The notes under the pieces were generated by a model that did no database searches, was not told the DNA's origin, and worked only from the letters and a program-made list of their open reading frames with translations. Shown here piece after piece: positions 10,141-19,151 of a DNA stretch of 64,000 nucleotides. The DNA is from a virus. The stretch is taken from IMG/VR virus record IMGVR_UViG_3300027782_000038; one strand, written 5' to 3'. A program made the position numbers and the translations under genes. Numbering within the stretch: the stretch's first letter is position 1; every line of letters begins with the position of its first letter.

Positions 10141-12294
10141 ATGAAATCATTCCTACAGTTGGTTGAGGAACAAGACAAGGCACATAAACCTGTGGTGATG
10201 GCATTCGGTCGTATGAATCCACCTACCACGGGTCACCTGAAACTTATTGATAAAGTTCGTGAAGTTGCAAAAAAACAAAAAGCAGAACATACTGTTATTG
10301 TATCACATTCACAAGATAGTAAGAAGAATCCTTTATCTGGTGAACAGAAAGTAAAACATCTGAAAAGATATTCACCAGGTACTAATTTTGACACTTCAAG
10401 TAAAGAACACCCATCAATATTTCATCATGCTGCCAAATTACACGCAGCTGGACATGATCATTTGACGGTTGTTGCTGGTTCAGATCGTGTTAAAGAATTC
10501 CATGATGCACTACACAAATATAATGGTGTTCATGGCAAACATGGTTATTACAATTTCAAAAAGATTTCGGTAGTTTCTGCTGGGGCTCGTGATCCTGATG
10601 CTGAAGGTGCGGAAGGTATGTCTGGTACTAAGATGCGTGAACATGCCAAGAATAATGATTTTAATTCTTTCCGTCAAGGTGTTCCTTCACACGTTCCAGA
10701 CAAACACGCTAAAGAATTGATGCATGATACTCGTAAGGGTATGGGTTTGCATGAAGATGTGAATCGTGGTCGATTTAAAGCAATATTTGTTACTGGTGGT
10801 CCTGGTTCAGGTAAAGATATTATCATTCGTGAATCTATTGCTGAATCACGCATTGTAGAATTGAATTTCATTCAAGCATTTGACTATCTAACCGACAAAC
10901 AAAAATTATCAGAAAAATCAAATGATTACCGTAGAGAGTCGATTCGTACCCGTGGTCCATTGATTGTTAATGGACCTGCTGATGATGTAGATAAAATATC
11001 TTATATCAAAGAAGAATTGGAAGAACTTGGTTATGATACCATGATGGTATTTGTTAATACATCAAATGAAACAAGCAAAGTACGTAATTCCTTATTATCT
11101 AGAATGATGTCAGAATCCGTCAGACAGGATAAGTGGATGAAATCACAAGAAAATGGTGATTTTTTCATGGAAAAATTTAGTACCTTCATTTCCTTTGACA
11201 ATACAGGAAACATAGATACTATAGAAGAAGATATCACTAATGTTTATCAATCTACCAAAATGTTTTTGGATGAGAAAGACCTTAATGAATCTGCATCAAC
11301 ATGGTTGGATAGAAATTTAAACATCAATGATAAAATTAATTCATTGTTCAAGGAAAACAAAAATGTTAAAGAAAATGCTAAAGAAAATTCTAAATCTATT
11401 CAGAAAGCAAACCTCAGAACCAAAGGCTGTGGAAAACACAGATTCCTTGCCGACAGCACCTGTAAAGGTTGTCTTGCAGTCAGAGGTCCAGCAGACGTTA
11501 CGCCAGACAACAGAGGTGGTGCAACCGGTCCTTACGGAGACTCCATCAAAGGCAACACATTCCCGAGAAAAAACCCCAACGGAACAACCTACACCTTCGG
11601 TGCAGGAGCAGGCGTCTACGCCGAAGCCAAAACGCCAACGATCAAAGTCAGTCCGACACCCAAAGAGTTCAACTTCCAAAAAGACGCAAACACGGAAAGA
11701 TTAAAGAAATTTGGTGATAAGTCACTAAGTGCATCTCGTGTTGGTAAACCCTCAGGTATTGGTCCTGAATATGATACCCGTGCTGGTGGCCAAGGTGCTG
11801 CAGCAGGTGCAGGTTTAGGTCTACAAACATATAGTGAATCTCAGGAATATAGTAACGCACAACCATCCAGTGCAGCATTGCCAGGTAGTTCTGCATTACA
11901 ACCAAACCCACTTAGTAATAGTTATGATGTAAAAAAAGACTTTTCTAGTTTCAGAAAGAAAATTAAAAAAGAAGCCATTGATGATCCAGGAGCAAACGAT
12001 ATGGGTGTATATGGTGTTCTTGGTGGTGCAGGAAATAAGGAAGGCATGGATACTTACAAAGATCCTATGCGTAACATCGGTATCACTATTAAAAAGAAAA
12101 AAAAGTTCAATGAGGACCATGTAAAAGAATTAGAAAATGGTTTACATGAATTAGATAAATATACCTATCAGTCTATCAATAAATTAATGCAATCTATAGC
12201 AAAAAGACATGATATAACGGGTAAAGATTTACATGATGATTTTAAAGATAAGCACAATAAAACTCCTGATGATTGGATCAAGAACAAAAAATGA
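10141..12294 (+). CDS. Cytidyltransferase-like (HIGH) domain fused to a P-loop kinase domain and low-complexity tail
   Basis: FGRMNPPTTGH, KNPL, VAGSDR, MSGTKMR; then AIFVTGGPGSGK. Confidence 0.85.
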   Translation: MKSFLQLVEEQDKAHKPVVMAFGRMNPPTTGHLKLIDKVREVAKKQKAEHTVIVSHSQDSKKNPLSGEQKVKHLKRYSPGTNFDTSSKEHPSIFHHAAKLHAAGHDHLTVVAGSDRVKEFHDALHKYNGVHGKHGYYNFKKISVVSAGARDPDAEGAEGMSGTKMREHAKNNDFNSFRQGVPSHVPDKHAKELMHDTRKGMGLHEDVNRGRFKAIFVTGGPGSGKDIIIRESIAESRIVELNFIQAFDYLTDKQKLSEKSNDYRRESIRTRGPLIVNGPADDVDKISYIKEELEELGYDTMMVFVNTSNETSKVRNSLLSRMMSESVRQDKWMKSQENGDFFMEKFSTFISFDNTGNIDTIEEDITNVYQSTKMFLDEKDLNESASTWLDRNLNINDKINSLFKENKNVKENAKENSKSIQKANLRTKGCGKHRFLADSTCKGCLAVRGPADVTPDNRGGATGPYGDSIKGNTFPRKNPNGTTYTFGAGAGVYAEAKTPTIKVSPTPKEFNFQKDANTERLKKFGDKSLSASRVGKPSGIGPEYDTRAGGQGAAAGAGLGLQTYSESQEYSNAQPSSAALPGSSALQPNPLSNSYDVKKDFSSFRKKIKKEAIDDPGANDMGVYGVLGGAGNKEGMDTYKDPMRNIGITIKKKKKFNEDHVKELENGLHELDKYTYQSINKLMQSIAKRHDITGKDLHDDFKDKHNKTPDDWIKNKK
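11363..11704 (+). CDS. Overprinted 113-aa protein in the +1 frame of the cytidyltransferase gene
   Basis: AAGGA SD before the ATG, amphipathic start MLKKMLKKILNLFRK, P/T/S-rich body, basic tail; local C-rich composition shift. Confidence 0.5.
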   Translation: MLKKMLKKILNLFRKQTSEPKAVENTDSLPTAPVKVVLQSEVQQTLRQTTEVVQPVLTETPSKATHSREKTPTEQPTPSVQEQASTPKPKRQRSKSVRHPKSSTSKKTQTRKD

Positions 12295-12545
12295 AATCAT
12301 TTAAAAATTATCTTGAAGAAGATTTACGACAATGGTTCAAGCAAAAATGGGTTCGCATGGACACCAAAGGAAATATTAAAGGTGATTGTGCTAGAGAACC
12401 CGGTGAAGGTAAGCCAAAATGTTTACCTCAAGCGAAAGCACAAGCTTTAGGTAAAGAAGGTCGTGCTTCTGCTGCTCAAAGAAAACGTAGAGAAGATCCT
12501 AATCCGGAACGGCGTGGTAAACCAATTAACGTTAGCACAAAATAA
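12291..12545 (+). CDS. Small basic putative internal head protein
   Basis: MKSFKNYLEE CTS-like start; LRQWFKQKWV...C...KPKCLP module. Confidence 0.7.
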   Translation: MKSFKNYLEEDLRQWFKQKWVRMDTKGNIKGDCAREPGEGKPKCLPQAKAQALGKEGRASAAQRKRREDPNPERRGKPINVSTK

Positions 12546-12546
12546 C

Positions 12547-13620
12547 ATGAAAAAATTTAAAGAATTTAAAGAAATTATATCAGAAAAAAATGTTCCCACT
12601 AGTCCAGAAAAATGGGCTCGGGCAAAAGCAGCTGCTAAATCCAAGTTTGCTGTTTATCCTTCTGCTTACGCAAATGGTTGGGCATCTAAAAAATATAAGT
12701 CAATGGGTGGTGGATGGAGAAGTACCCAAGAAGAAGTTGAATTGGAAGAAATTTACCATGATCCTTGGAAAGATAAACATTTTGGTCCGACAAAAGTAAT
12801 CAAACAAAAATATAAAGTTAAGACAGATACCAAAACATATAATGTTAAAGCTGACAGTGAAAAACACGCACATGAATTGGTAACCAATCATGCTCCGGGT
12901 TCCAAAATTGTTTCTATTGAACATAAAGGTCGCTTCATGGAACAAGTTGAAGAAAAAGATGATGGGGATGATTTACCAGAACATGAAGTGGAAGTATTTG
13001 ATTATGATACAAACTACTTTCATATATGTCCTTCTGCTACTAAATTATACAAAGATATTGAAGATAAAGTAGAACCTGAAGATCATGATTTATTTGAAGG
13101 CATGGCAAAACTACAAGATTGTATTTTCTTTATTGAACAACATTTGACAGAAAAAAAAGGTTCTGCAAAAGAAGATGACATGGGTTATCTTTTGATGGCA
13201 CAGAATATCAAAGACCAACTCGACCTTATGCTTTCTATGACAACTCCTGAAATGCGTATGGAACACGGATACCTACAAGGTCATATTGAGGTAATTAAAG
13301 AACTTCTTGATTGGGAAAACCGCAAAGAAGAATTAGATGAACAATATGAATGGTTAGAAGAATCTGCTGCATGGAAAAGAAAAGAAGGTAAAAGTCCCAC
13401 TGGAGGATTAAATGCAAAAGGTATCGCTTCTTACCGTAGAGAAAATCCTGGTTCAAAATTAAGTATGGCCGTTACAGGTAAAGTAAAAGCAGGAAGTAAA
13501 GCAGCTAAAAGAAGAAAGTCATTTTGTGCTAGGATGGGTGGTATGCCTGGTCCAATGAAAAAACCCAATGGTGAACCAACAAGAAAATCACTTGCTCTAA
13601 GCAAGTGGAAATGCAGATAA
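12547..13620 (+). CDS. Modular putative head protein (DUF5872-like N-terminal and DUF6321-like C-terminal modules)
   Basis: KFAVYPSAYANGW...GGGWR and AAWKRKEGK..GGLN...RRKSFCARM modules separated by acidic LEE linkers. Confidence 0.65.
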   Translation: MKKFKEFKEIISEKNVPTSPEKWARAKAAAKSKFAVYPSAYANGWASKKYKSMGGGWRSTQEEVELEEIYHDPWKDKHFGPTKVIKQKYKVKTDTKTYNVKADSEKHAHELVTNHAPGSKIVSIEHKGRFMEQVEEKDDGDDLPEHEVEVFDYDTNYFHICPSATKLYKDIEDKVEPEDHDLFEGMAKLQDCIFFIEQHLTEKKGSAKEDDMGYLLMAQNIKDQLDLMLSMTTPEMRMEHGYLQGHIEVIKELLDWENRKEELDEQYEWLEESAAWKRKEGKSPTGGLNAKGIASYRRENPGSKLSMAVTGKVKAGSKAAKRRKSFCARMGGMPGPMKKPNGEPTRKSLALSKWKCR

Positions 13621-13633
13621 CAGGAGAATTATA

Positions 13634-15442
13634 ATGTTTGCAAAAGACAAAGTATCACAATCAATGGTAGACGCAGTAAATTCCGTATTAATGGAAAAGA
13701 AAATGCATGATGTTGAACTAGATGAAACTGGTCTACGTAAAGCTGCATATGCTGCACACAAATCAGGTCAAACTCATTTTGAATTTCAGGGTAAAACTTA
13801 TCCAGTAAAAGTTCAAGGTAAAAACATTATGGCCGGTGAATCAGTTGATGAAGCCTCTGTCAAAGTACCTACCAAAACAGGTACAATGGTTTATGGTGGA
13901 GCTAAAGGTGGTTCTGGTAAAGCATATCTACAACAAAAATATGGTGATGATCTTGCTGACGTTCACGGTCCTTCAGATAAAGACCTAGAAGCAATTAAGC
14001 ACGAAAAGAAAAAGAAAAAAGAAGTTGAAGAAGATTTCAATATTGAAGATTTCTCATTGGAAGAAATTCAAGATTTCATGCAAACTGAAGAATACTACCA
14101 ATTGGATGAATTGAGTAAAGACACTCTCAAAAGATATATTCCTACTGCGGCCGCAGATTTAAGTAAAAAAGGCATTAATGCTGGTATTGATGCTAAATCT
14201 GGTAAAACTGGCGTAACAAAAGCATATGGTGATCATTTTCAAAAAAGATATCGTGGTATTCTTAAAGCAACTAATAAATTAGCTAAAGAAGAAGTAGAAG
14301 GTGTGAATGAAGGTCTAATGAAAACTATTGGTGGTATTCTTGGTGGCAAAAAAGAAAAATCAACAGAAAAATCAACAAATCTTTTTGATCAACCTGATGT
14401 CAAGAAAGACACAAAAGATTATTTGAAGAAATCTGCCAAACAACCAAATGGTCCAAATACAGTTAAAAATATTTTTTCAAAAGAAGAAAATACTTCATTT
14501 GCTTACCGTCTACTACAAAGTATTAGAGAAGGTAAGGGTAATCAACCACAAGAAACATTCACCGACAACAATATTGGTGAAGCCGGTGTTGATCCTTCAG
14601 TTAAAACAACAGATACACTTTCTGGTCGTAAACCTGGTGGTAAATTAAATCAACATGGTCCTGATCCTAAGATTAAATTGAAATCTGAAGAAAAAGAGGA
14701 AGATGAAGGCCATGAAGATGAGAAAGAAGATAAAAAACTTATCAAGAAAATGGTTAAGTCTGATTGCGTGAAAGAAGAAGATGTTACTGAAGCAATGGAT
14801 ACCCGTGCTGACGTACCTGCTTTCTTACGCAAACAACGTGGTGACAAACCTTTGACTCCTGATGAAGTTAAAGCAAAGAAACCAGACACAAGATCAGCTC
14901 CAGGTAATGTTAAAGAGGCTGAGGAAAAAGAACCTCCTTTTGCTGGCCCTTATACAAAATCAAAAGGTACTGTTACAGACAAATCTGGTGCAAAACATAC
15001 TCCAATGTCCCGTGTTAAAGATTTAGCTCGCCAATCAATGAAGAAAGTTAAGACTGAAACTTTGATGGGTACGGCTGGTGCAACTTCAGAATCAGTTGAA
15101 GAATTGGATGAATTGAATGATAAAACCGTGGCTTCCTATATCAGTAAAAGAATGACAGGTGTATTGGGTGGAGAATATAAACGGGGCCAAAAAGATCAAG
15201 AGGCAAAATCCCGTACAGGTGGTTTTAATCCATTTGATGCGAAAGCACATAAACGAAAAGAAGGATTAAAAAGAGCTGTTGGTCGTTTAGCTAAAGAAGA
15301 AGTTGAAGAACTTGATGAAGATGCTATGTTGGATGTTTATCTAAAGTCTAGAGGCCTTAATCCTGCAACTATACCTACAGACAAAAAGATTGCATATGCA
15401 AAAGGCTCAGATTTTCTGAGATGGAAGCAAAATCATTCTTAA
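13634..15442 (+). CDS. Large modular putative internal head polyprotein
   Basis: Basic modules separated by repeated EEVEELDE-type linkers. Confidence 0.6.
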   Translation: MFAKDKVSQSMVDAVNSVLMEKKMHDVELDETGLRKAAYAAHKSGQTHFEFQGKTYPVKVQGKNIMAGESVDEASVKVPTKTGTMVYGGAKGGSGKAYLQQKYGDDLADVHGPSDKDLEAIKHEKKKKKEVEEDFNIEDFSLEEIQDFMQTEEYYQLDELSKDTLKRYIPTAAADLSKKGINAGIDAKSGKTGVTKAYGDHFQKRYRGILKATNKLAKEEVEGVNEGLMKTIGGILGGKKEKSTEKSTNLFDQPDVKKDTKDYLKKSAKQPNGPNTVKNIFSKEENTSFAYRLLQSIREGKGNQPQETFTDNNIGEAGVDPSVKTTDTLSGRKPGGKLNQHGPDPKIKLKSEEKEEDEGHEDEKEDKKLIKKMVKSDCVKEEDVTEAMDTRADVPAFLRKQRGDKPLTPDEVKAKKPDTRSAPGNVKEAEEKEPPFAGPYTKSKGTVTDKSGAKHTPMSRVKDLARQSMKKVKTETLMGTAGATSESVEELDELNDKTVASYISKRMTGVLGGEYKRGQKDQEAKSRTGGFNPFDAKAHKRKEGLKRAVGRLAKEEVEELDEDAMLDVYLKSRGLNPATIPTDKKIAYAKGSDFLRWKQNHS

Positions 15443-15455
15443 TAAGAAAAAATAT

Positions 15456-15932
15456 ATGTCTAAGAAACTAAAAGATTTTATTAAGAAGAATCCTGAACCA
15501 GCTGGCGGAACAAATAATAATCCAAGCCAGTTGGGACAGTATTCATCAAAATATAATATCAGTGAAGCTCCCACATTGGATCGTTATCTATTATCAAGAG
15601 GTATAGATCCAAAACGGACTGCACTTTCAACAAAGATTGGTCACTCTAAATCTTCGTTGTTTATGAAATGGAAAAATGATCATCAATTTGAAGAAGTTGA
15701 ACAGACTTATGGTAAAAAATCAAAGATAAGCAAAGAATCATCAATTGGTGAAAATAAACCATCGGCTGCTTCAACCTTAACTGGCGGTAAAACATTAACA
15801 GGTAATTCTAGAGATAATGTTGAAATTGATCCGATGATGAAAACCAATAAACCAGATCAACCATTAAAAGATAGTACTGAAAAGAAGAAAAACTTTAGTG
15901 GTCTCAGAAAAGAATTAAAGATAAATAGGTAA
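15456..15932 (+). CDS. Hypothetical head-associated protein
   Basis: Shares a YL.SRG..P...K...F..WK..H module with the C-terminus of the upstream ORF. Confidence 0.6.
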   Translation: MSKKLKDFIKKNPEPAGGTNNNPSQLGQYSSKYNISEAPTLDRYLLSRGIDPKRTALSTKIGHSKSSLFMKWKNDHQFEEVEQTYGKKSKISKESSIGENKPSAASTLTGGKTLTGNSRDNVEIDPMMKTNKPDQPLKDSTEKKKNFSGLRKELKINR

Positions 15933-15959
15933 CATAACCCAAGGTTAAAGGAGATAGAA

Positions 15960-16613
15960 ATGGCTTTATGGGGAACTACAGATGCTGCTAACAGCAAACC
16001 AATACTTCCGGTAGAAAGAGAAGTCGTATCAATTACATCATTAGTAACACAAAACGCAACTATTGCAACCGCTAACACAATTACGTTTCAAAAAATTGCT
16101 GGTTCCAATTCTATTCCTTCAAACATTATTGTTGGATCTTTTGTTTATTCATTAGATGCAAACAATGCTGTTTCTAGGTATACTGATGGTACTATCATTA
16201 CTCAAAATGAAGTTGCTTTCTTTAAATCAAATAATAGGGTCGTTGCAGTCGATAGTGCTAATAGTACTGTTAGATTAGCAAATACATTAGTTGCAGTTTT
16301 AGCTAATAACTCGACTGTTTGGTTTGCAAATTTGATCACATACAAAGCAAACACACAAGCTAATACTTATTACTTAGATACAGTTTTGATGACACCCGGT
16401 CGTGTTGCTAATAACAGAACTTCATCGGCCTCACCAGCTGTAGCTAACATTGGTAATATGAATCAAGGTTGGGTACACGTTCAAAAGAAAACTAATGGTG
16501 GCGATGGTGCTGTGCGTTATATAACTGAAACATTGGTTGCACTTGCTAATACATCAGCTGCTAATACTGCATCTGGTAATACAAGTTTTGGTAGATTTGT
16601 TTCTGGTCTTTAA
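15960..16613 (+). CDS. Putative virion structural protein
   Basis: MALWGTTD start, GWV...RY..ETLVA C-terminus, N/T/S/A-rich; strong SD; GATAAATA late-like promoter at 15920. Confidence 0.6.
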   Translation: MALWGTTDAANSKPILPVEREVVSITSLVTQNATIATANTITFQKIAGSNSIPSNIIVGSFVYSLDANNAVSRYTDGTIITQNEVAFFKSNNRVVAVDSANSTVRLANTLVAVLANNSTVWFANLITYKANTQANTYYLDTVLMTPGRVANNRTSSASPAVANIGNMNQGWVHVQKKTNGGDGAVRYITETLVALANTSAANTASGNTSFGRFVSGL

Positions 16614-16665
16614 TTAAATTTAAATAAATTATGAAAAAATAATATGATTATTACTGATGTGAAAT

Positions 16666-17052
16666 ATGTTTGATGACTTAAATGAAGATAATTTTCTGAT
16701 TTATGCGATAAAATGTTATATCGCTCCAAATTATATAATGTCTGAATTTGAAGGTGATCTTAAAAGAACAAAATATCTTAAAAGATTATTTCGTAGATAT
16801 AAGGTCACCAAATCAATTAAAGAACGATTGATATTAAATCACATTATTTTGTTGAATAATGTTTTTGGTCCAGAAGCAACATCAAGGATATTATTCTACA
16901 AGATAGATGAAAGAGATTATGACATTCTGAAAACTTTTCTGATATATCTTAATATTATGCCAGAAACAGTTTTTAACATAAATGGTAAAAACATATACTC
17001 TACTGATATTCCAGTGGATTTACAAGCGGCCGAGATATTAAGAAAAATATGA
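16666..17052 (+). CDS. Conserved T4-like phage hypothetical protein
   Basis: LNEDNFLIYA, EFEGDLKR.KYLKRL, ERLILNHII.L.NVFG motifs. Confidence 0.7.
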   Translation: MFDDLNEDNFLIYAIKCYIAPNYIMSEFEGDLKRTKYLKRLFRRYKVTKSIKERLILNHIILLNNVFGPEATSRILFYKIDERDYDILKTFLIYLNIMPETVFNINGKNIYSTDIPVDLQAAEILRKI

Positions 17053-17567
17053 TAAAATTCAAACAATACTTAGAAGAAGCCGATAAGAAAGATACAGTCA
17101 CAGTTGATATTCCTTTACTGATTCGTTTACTTGAACTCGCACGTGAAGATATCAAGTCTGATATGGATTTACATCGTGTTGTTGAACGACTCATTGATAT
17201 TCGTAATAAAGGCATACTAACAATGGATGATTATGATTTCATTGCACATATCAAAGAAGAATTTGTTAATGAACACATTGTTAAAGTCGGAGATCAATAT
17301 AGATTAGTATCAAAAAGTACAGGTAAAAATCTAGGAACATATCCTTCAAAGTCCGGCGCAGAAAAACGTGAAAAACAAGTTCAGTATTTCAAGCATATAG
17401 GTGAAGATGGTATTGCTGCAACAGGACCAACAAATGTAAATGTAGTAGGTGGTGGTGCTATAGCAGGTACAGGCGGGCTAGGTGGTGAACCTGGTGTTAA
17501 TTTACGTAATCGTAAAAAACAAAATCCAATTGTAATGGCTATGGGAAAAAGGAAAGCACTAGAATAA
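17049..17567 (+). CDS. Putative internal head protein
   Basis: MIKFKQYLEE CTS-like start; D.VT.DIPLLIRLLE.ARE and KNLGTYPS..GA.KRE modules. Confidence 0.6.
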   Translation: MIKFKQYLEEADKKDTVTVDIPLLIRLLELAREDIKSDMDLHRVVERLIDIRNKGILTMDDYDFIAHIKEEFVNEHIVKVGDQYRLVSKSTGKNLGTYPSKSGAEKREKQVQYFKHIGEDGIAATGPTNVNVVGGGAIAGTGGLGGEPGVNLRNRKKQNPIVMAMGKRKALE

Positions 17568-17578
17568 CATAAATTGGA

Positions 17579-18019
17579 GTGAATATGTGGATTTTAAGTT
17601 GGTTGCCCGAATTTGTATTTCATTTGATTTTAACAATAGGACTTTTAGGACTAATTTCTAGTTTTTTACTAGGTTTAATTCCCTTTGTAAATACATATAA
17701 AATTCCTATACAGATTGTTTCAATACTTTTACTAGTTATTGGAATATGGTTTGAAGGTGTAATTTGTACAAATAAGGCTTGGGAACAAAAAGTATCTCAA
17801 TTAGAGCTTAAATTAGCTCAAGCGGAAAAACTCTCATCTGATTTGAATACTCAATTGGTTGAACAGATGTTTGAGAATGAAAAGAAATTGATTGAGTTAG
17901 TGAATGAAAACAAAAAATATCTTAATTCTGTTAGAGTTAAGGTTGATAATGAATGTAAGATTGGTCCAGAAGTTATAAATCTACATAACTCCTCAGCAAA
18001 GAACAAGGCAATCAAATGA
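17579..18019 (+). CDS. Putative inner-membrane spanin (Rz-like)
   Basis: N-terminal TM helices, coiled coil, C-terminal Cys; upstream of a lipoprotein and endolysin. Confidence 0.65.
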   Translation: MNMWILSWLPEFVFHLILTIGLLGLISSFLLGLIPFVNTYKIPIQIVSILLLVIGIWFEGVICTNKAWEQKVSQLELKLAQAEKLSSDLNTQLVEQMFENEKKLIELVNENKKYLNSVRVKVDNECKIGPEVINLHNSSAKNKAIK

Positions 18020-18273
18020 AATATTTGATTATTTGTTTATCCCTACTAGTAACTGGTTGTGTAATGCCAGTCAAACAAAACTTTCCATCCGTACCAAAAA
18101 CTTTCTTAGAACAACCACAAGAGTTGAAAGAAGTTCCCGAAAACTCATCATTTTCAAATATGTTAGATATTGTACTGGACAATTATGGTTCATATTACAT
18201 AGTTTCAGAAAGACTAACTGCATGGCAAAATTGGTACAAACAGCAAAAACAAATATTTGAGGCAATAAAATGA
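18016..18273 (+). CDS. Putative outer-membrane spanin lipoprotein (Rz1-like)
   Basis: Signal peptide with lipobox LLVTGC followed by a Pro-rich segment. Confidence 0.7.
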   Translation: MKYLIICLSLLVTGCVMPVKQNFPSVPKTFLEQPQELKEVPENSSFSNMLDIVLDNYGSYYIVSERLTAWQNWYKQQKQIFEAIK

Positions 18274-18878
18274 TTACATCTGATAAATTAAAACAATTCA
18301 TACCAGATAATAAACATATAGATGAATGGTGTGTTTCTTTAAATAATATACTTCCAAATTACGATATTAACACAGGCAAGAGAATATCCATGTTTCTTGC
18401 TCAATGTGCCCATGAATCCGGAAACTTCAATACCTTATCTGAAAATCTTTATTATAGATCACAAGCATTGATGCGTACTTGGCCTTCTAGATTTCCAACA
18501 GCAATGATAGCCGATCAATATGCAATGCAGCCGGAGAAGATTGCAAATCGTGCTTATGCTGATCGTATGGGTAATGGAAATGAAGCGTCTGGAGACGGTT
18601 GGAGATATCGTGGAAAAGGTTTAATTCAAGTTACTGGACATGACAATACTGTTAACTTTGCTAAGTCAAAAGATATGACAGTTGAACAAGCTATAACCTA
18701 TCTACTCACATATGACGGTGCCGTGGAGTCTGCTTGTTGGTACTGGAAAGTAAACAATATAAATCCATGGTGTGATGTTGAGGATGTAAAAAAAGTTACA
18801 CAAATCATTAATGGTGGATACAATGGTTTGGATGATAGGATTAATAAATATAGTAGAGCAATTGAAATCTTTGGATAA
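18270..18878 (+). CDS. Endolysin, glycoside hydrolase family 19
   Basis: FLAQCAHESG, GDGWRYRGKGLIQVTG, INGGYNGLDDR. Confidence 0.92.
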   Translation: MITSDKLKQFIPDNKHIDEWCVSLNNILPNYDINTGKRISMFLAQCAHESGNFNTLSENLYYRSQALMRTWPSRFPTAMIADQYAMQPEKIANRAYADRMGNGNEASGDGWRYRGKGLIQVTGHDNTVNFAKSKDMTVEQAITYLLTYDGAVESACWYWKVNNINPWCDVEDVKKVTQIINGGYNGLDDRINKYSRAIEIFG

Positions 18879-19151
18879 TTGATAATGCCGATTAAAATTG
18901 TAAAAGAATTACTGACAGGAAGAGATAATCAGACCCACGATATAGCAAGATGGTCCTGGATGATTACAACTGTTGTTATAATTATCGGCGCTTCATATAA
19001 CGCATTTTATACCAACTCATTTGGAGTTAGAGAATTTGCGGAATCTATAGGTATTATTGCTGGTGCTCATGGTGCAGCAGTTTTTATGAAAAAAGATTCT
19101 GAACCTGCACCAGTTCCCCTTGAACAAAATATGGTTGAAAATAAAAAATGA
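18879..19151 (+). CDS. Putative holin
   Basis: Small protein with 2 hydrophobic segments directly after the endolysin. Confidence 0.55.
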   Translation: MIMPIKIVKELLTGRDNQTHDIARWSWMITTVVIIIGASYNAFYTNSFGVREFAESIGIIAGAHGAAVFMKKDSEPAPVPLEQNMVENKK

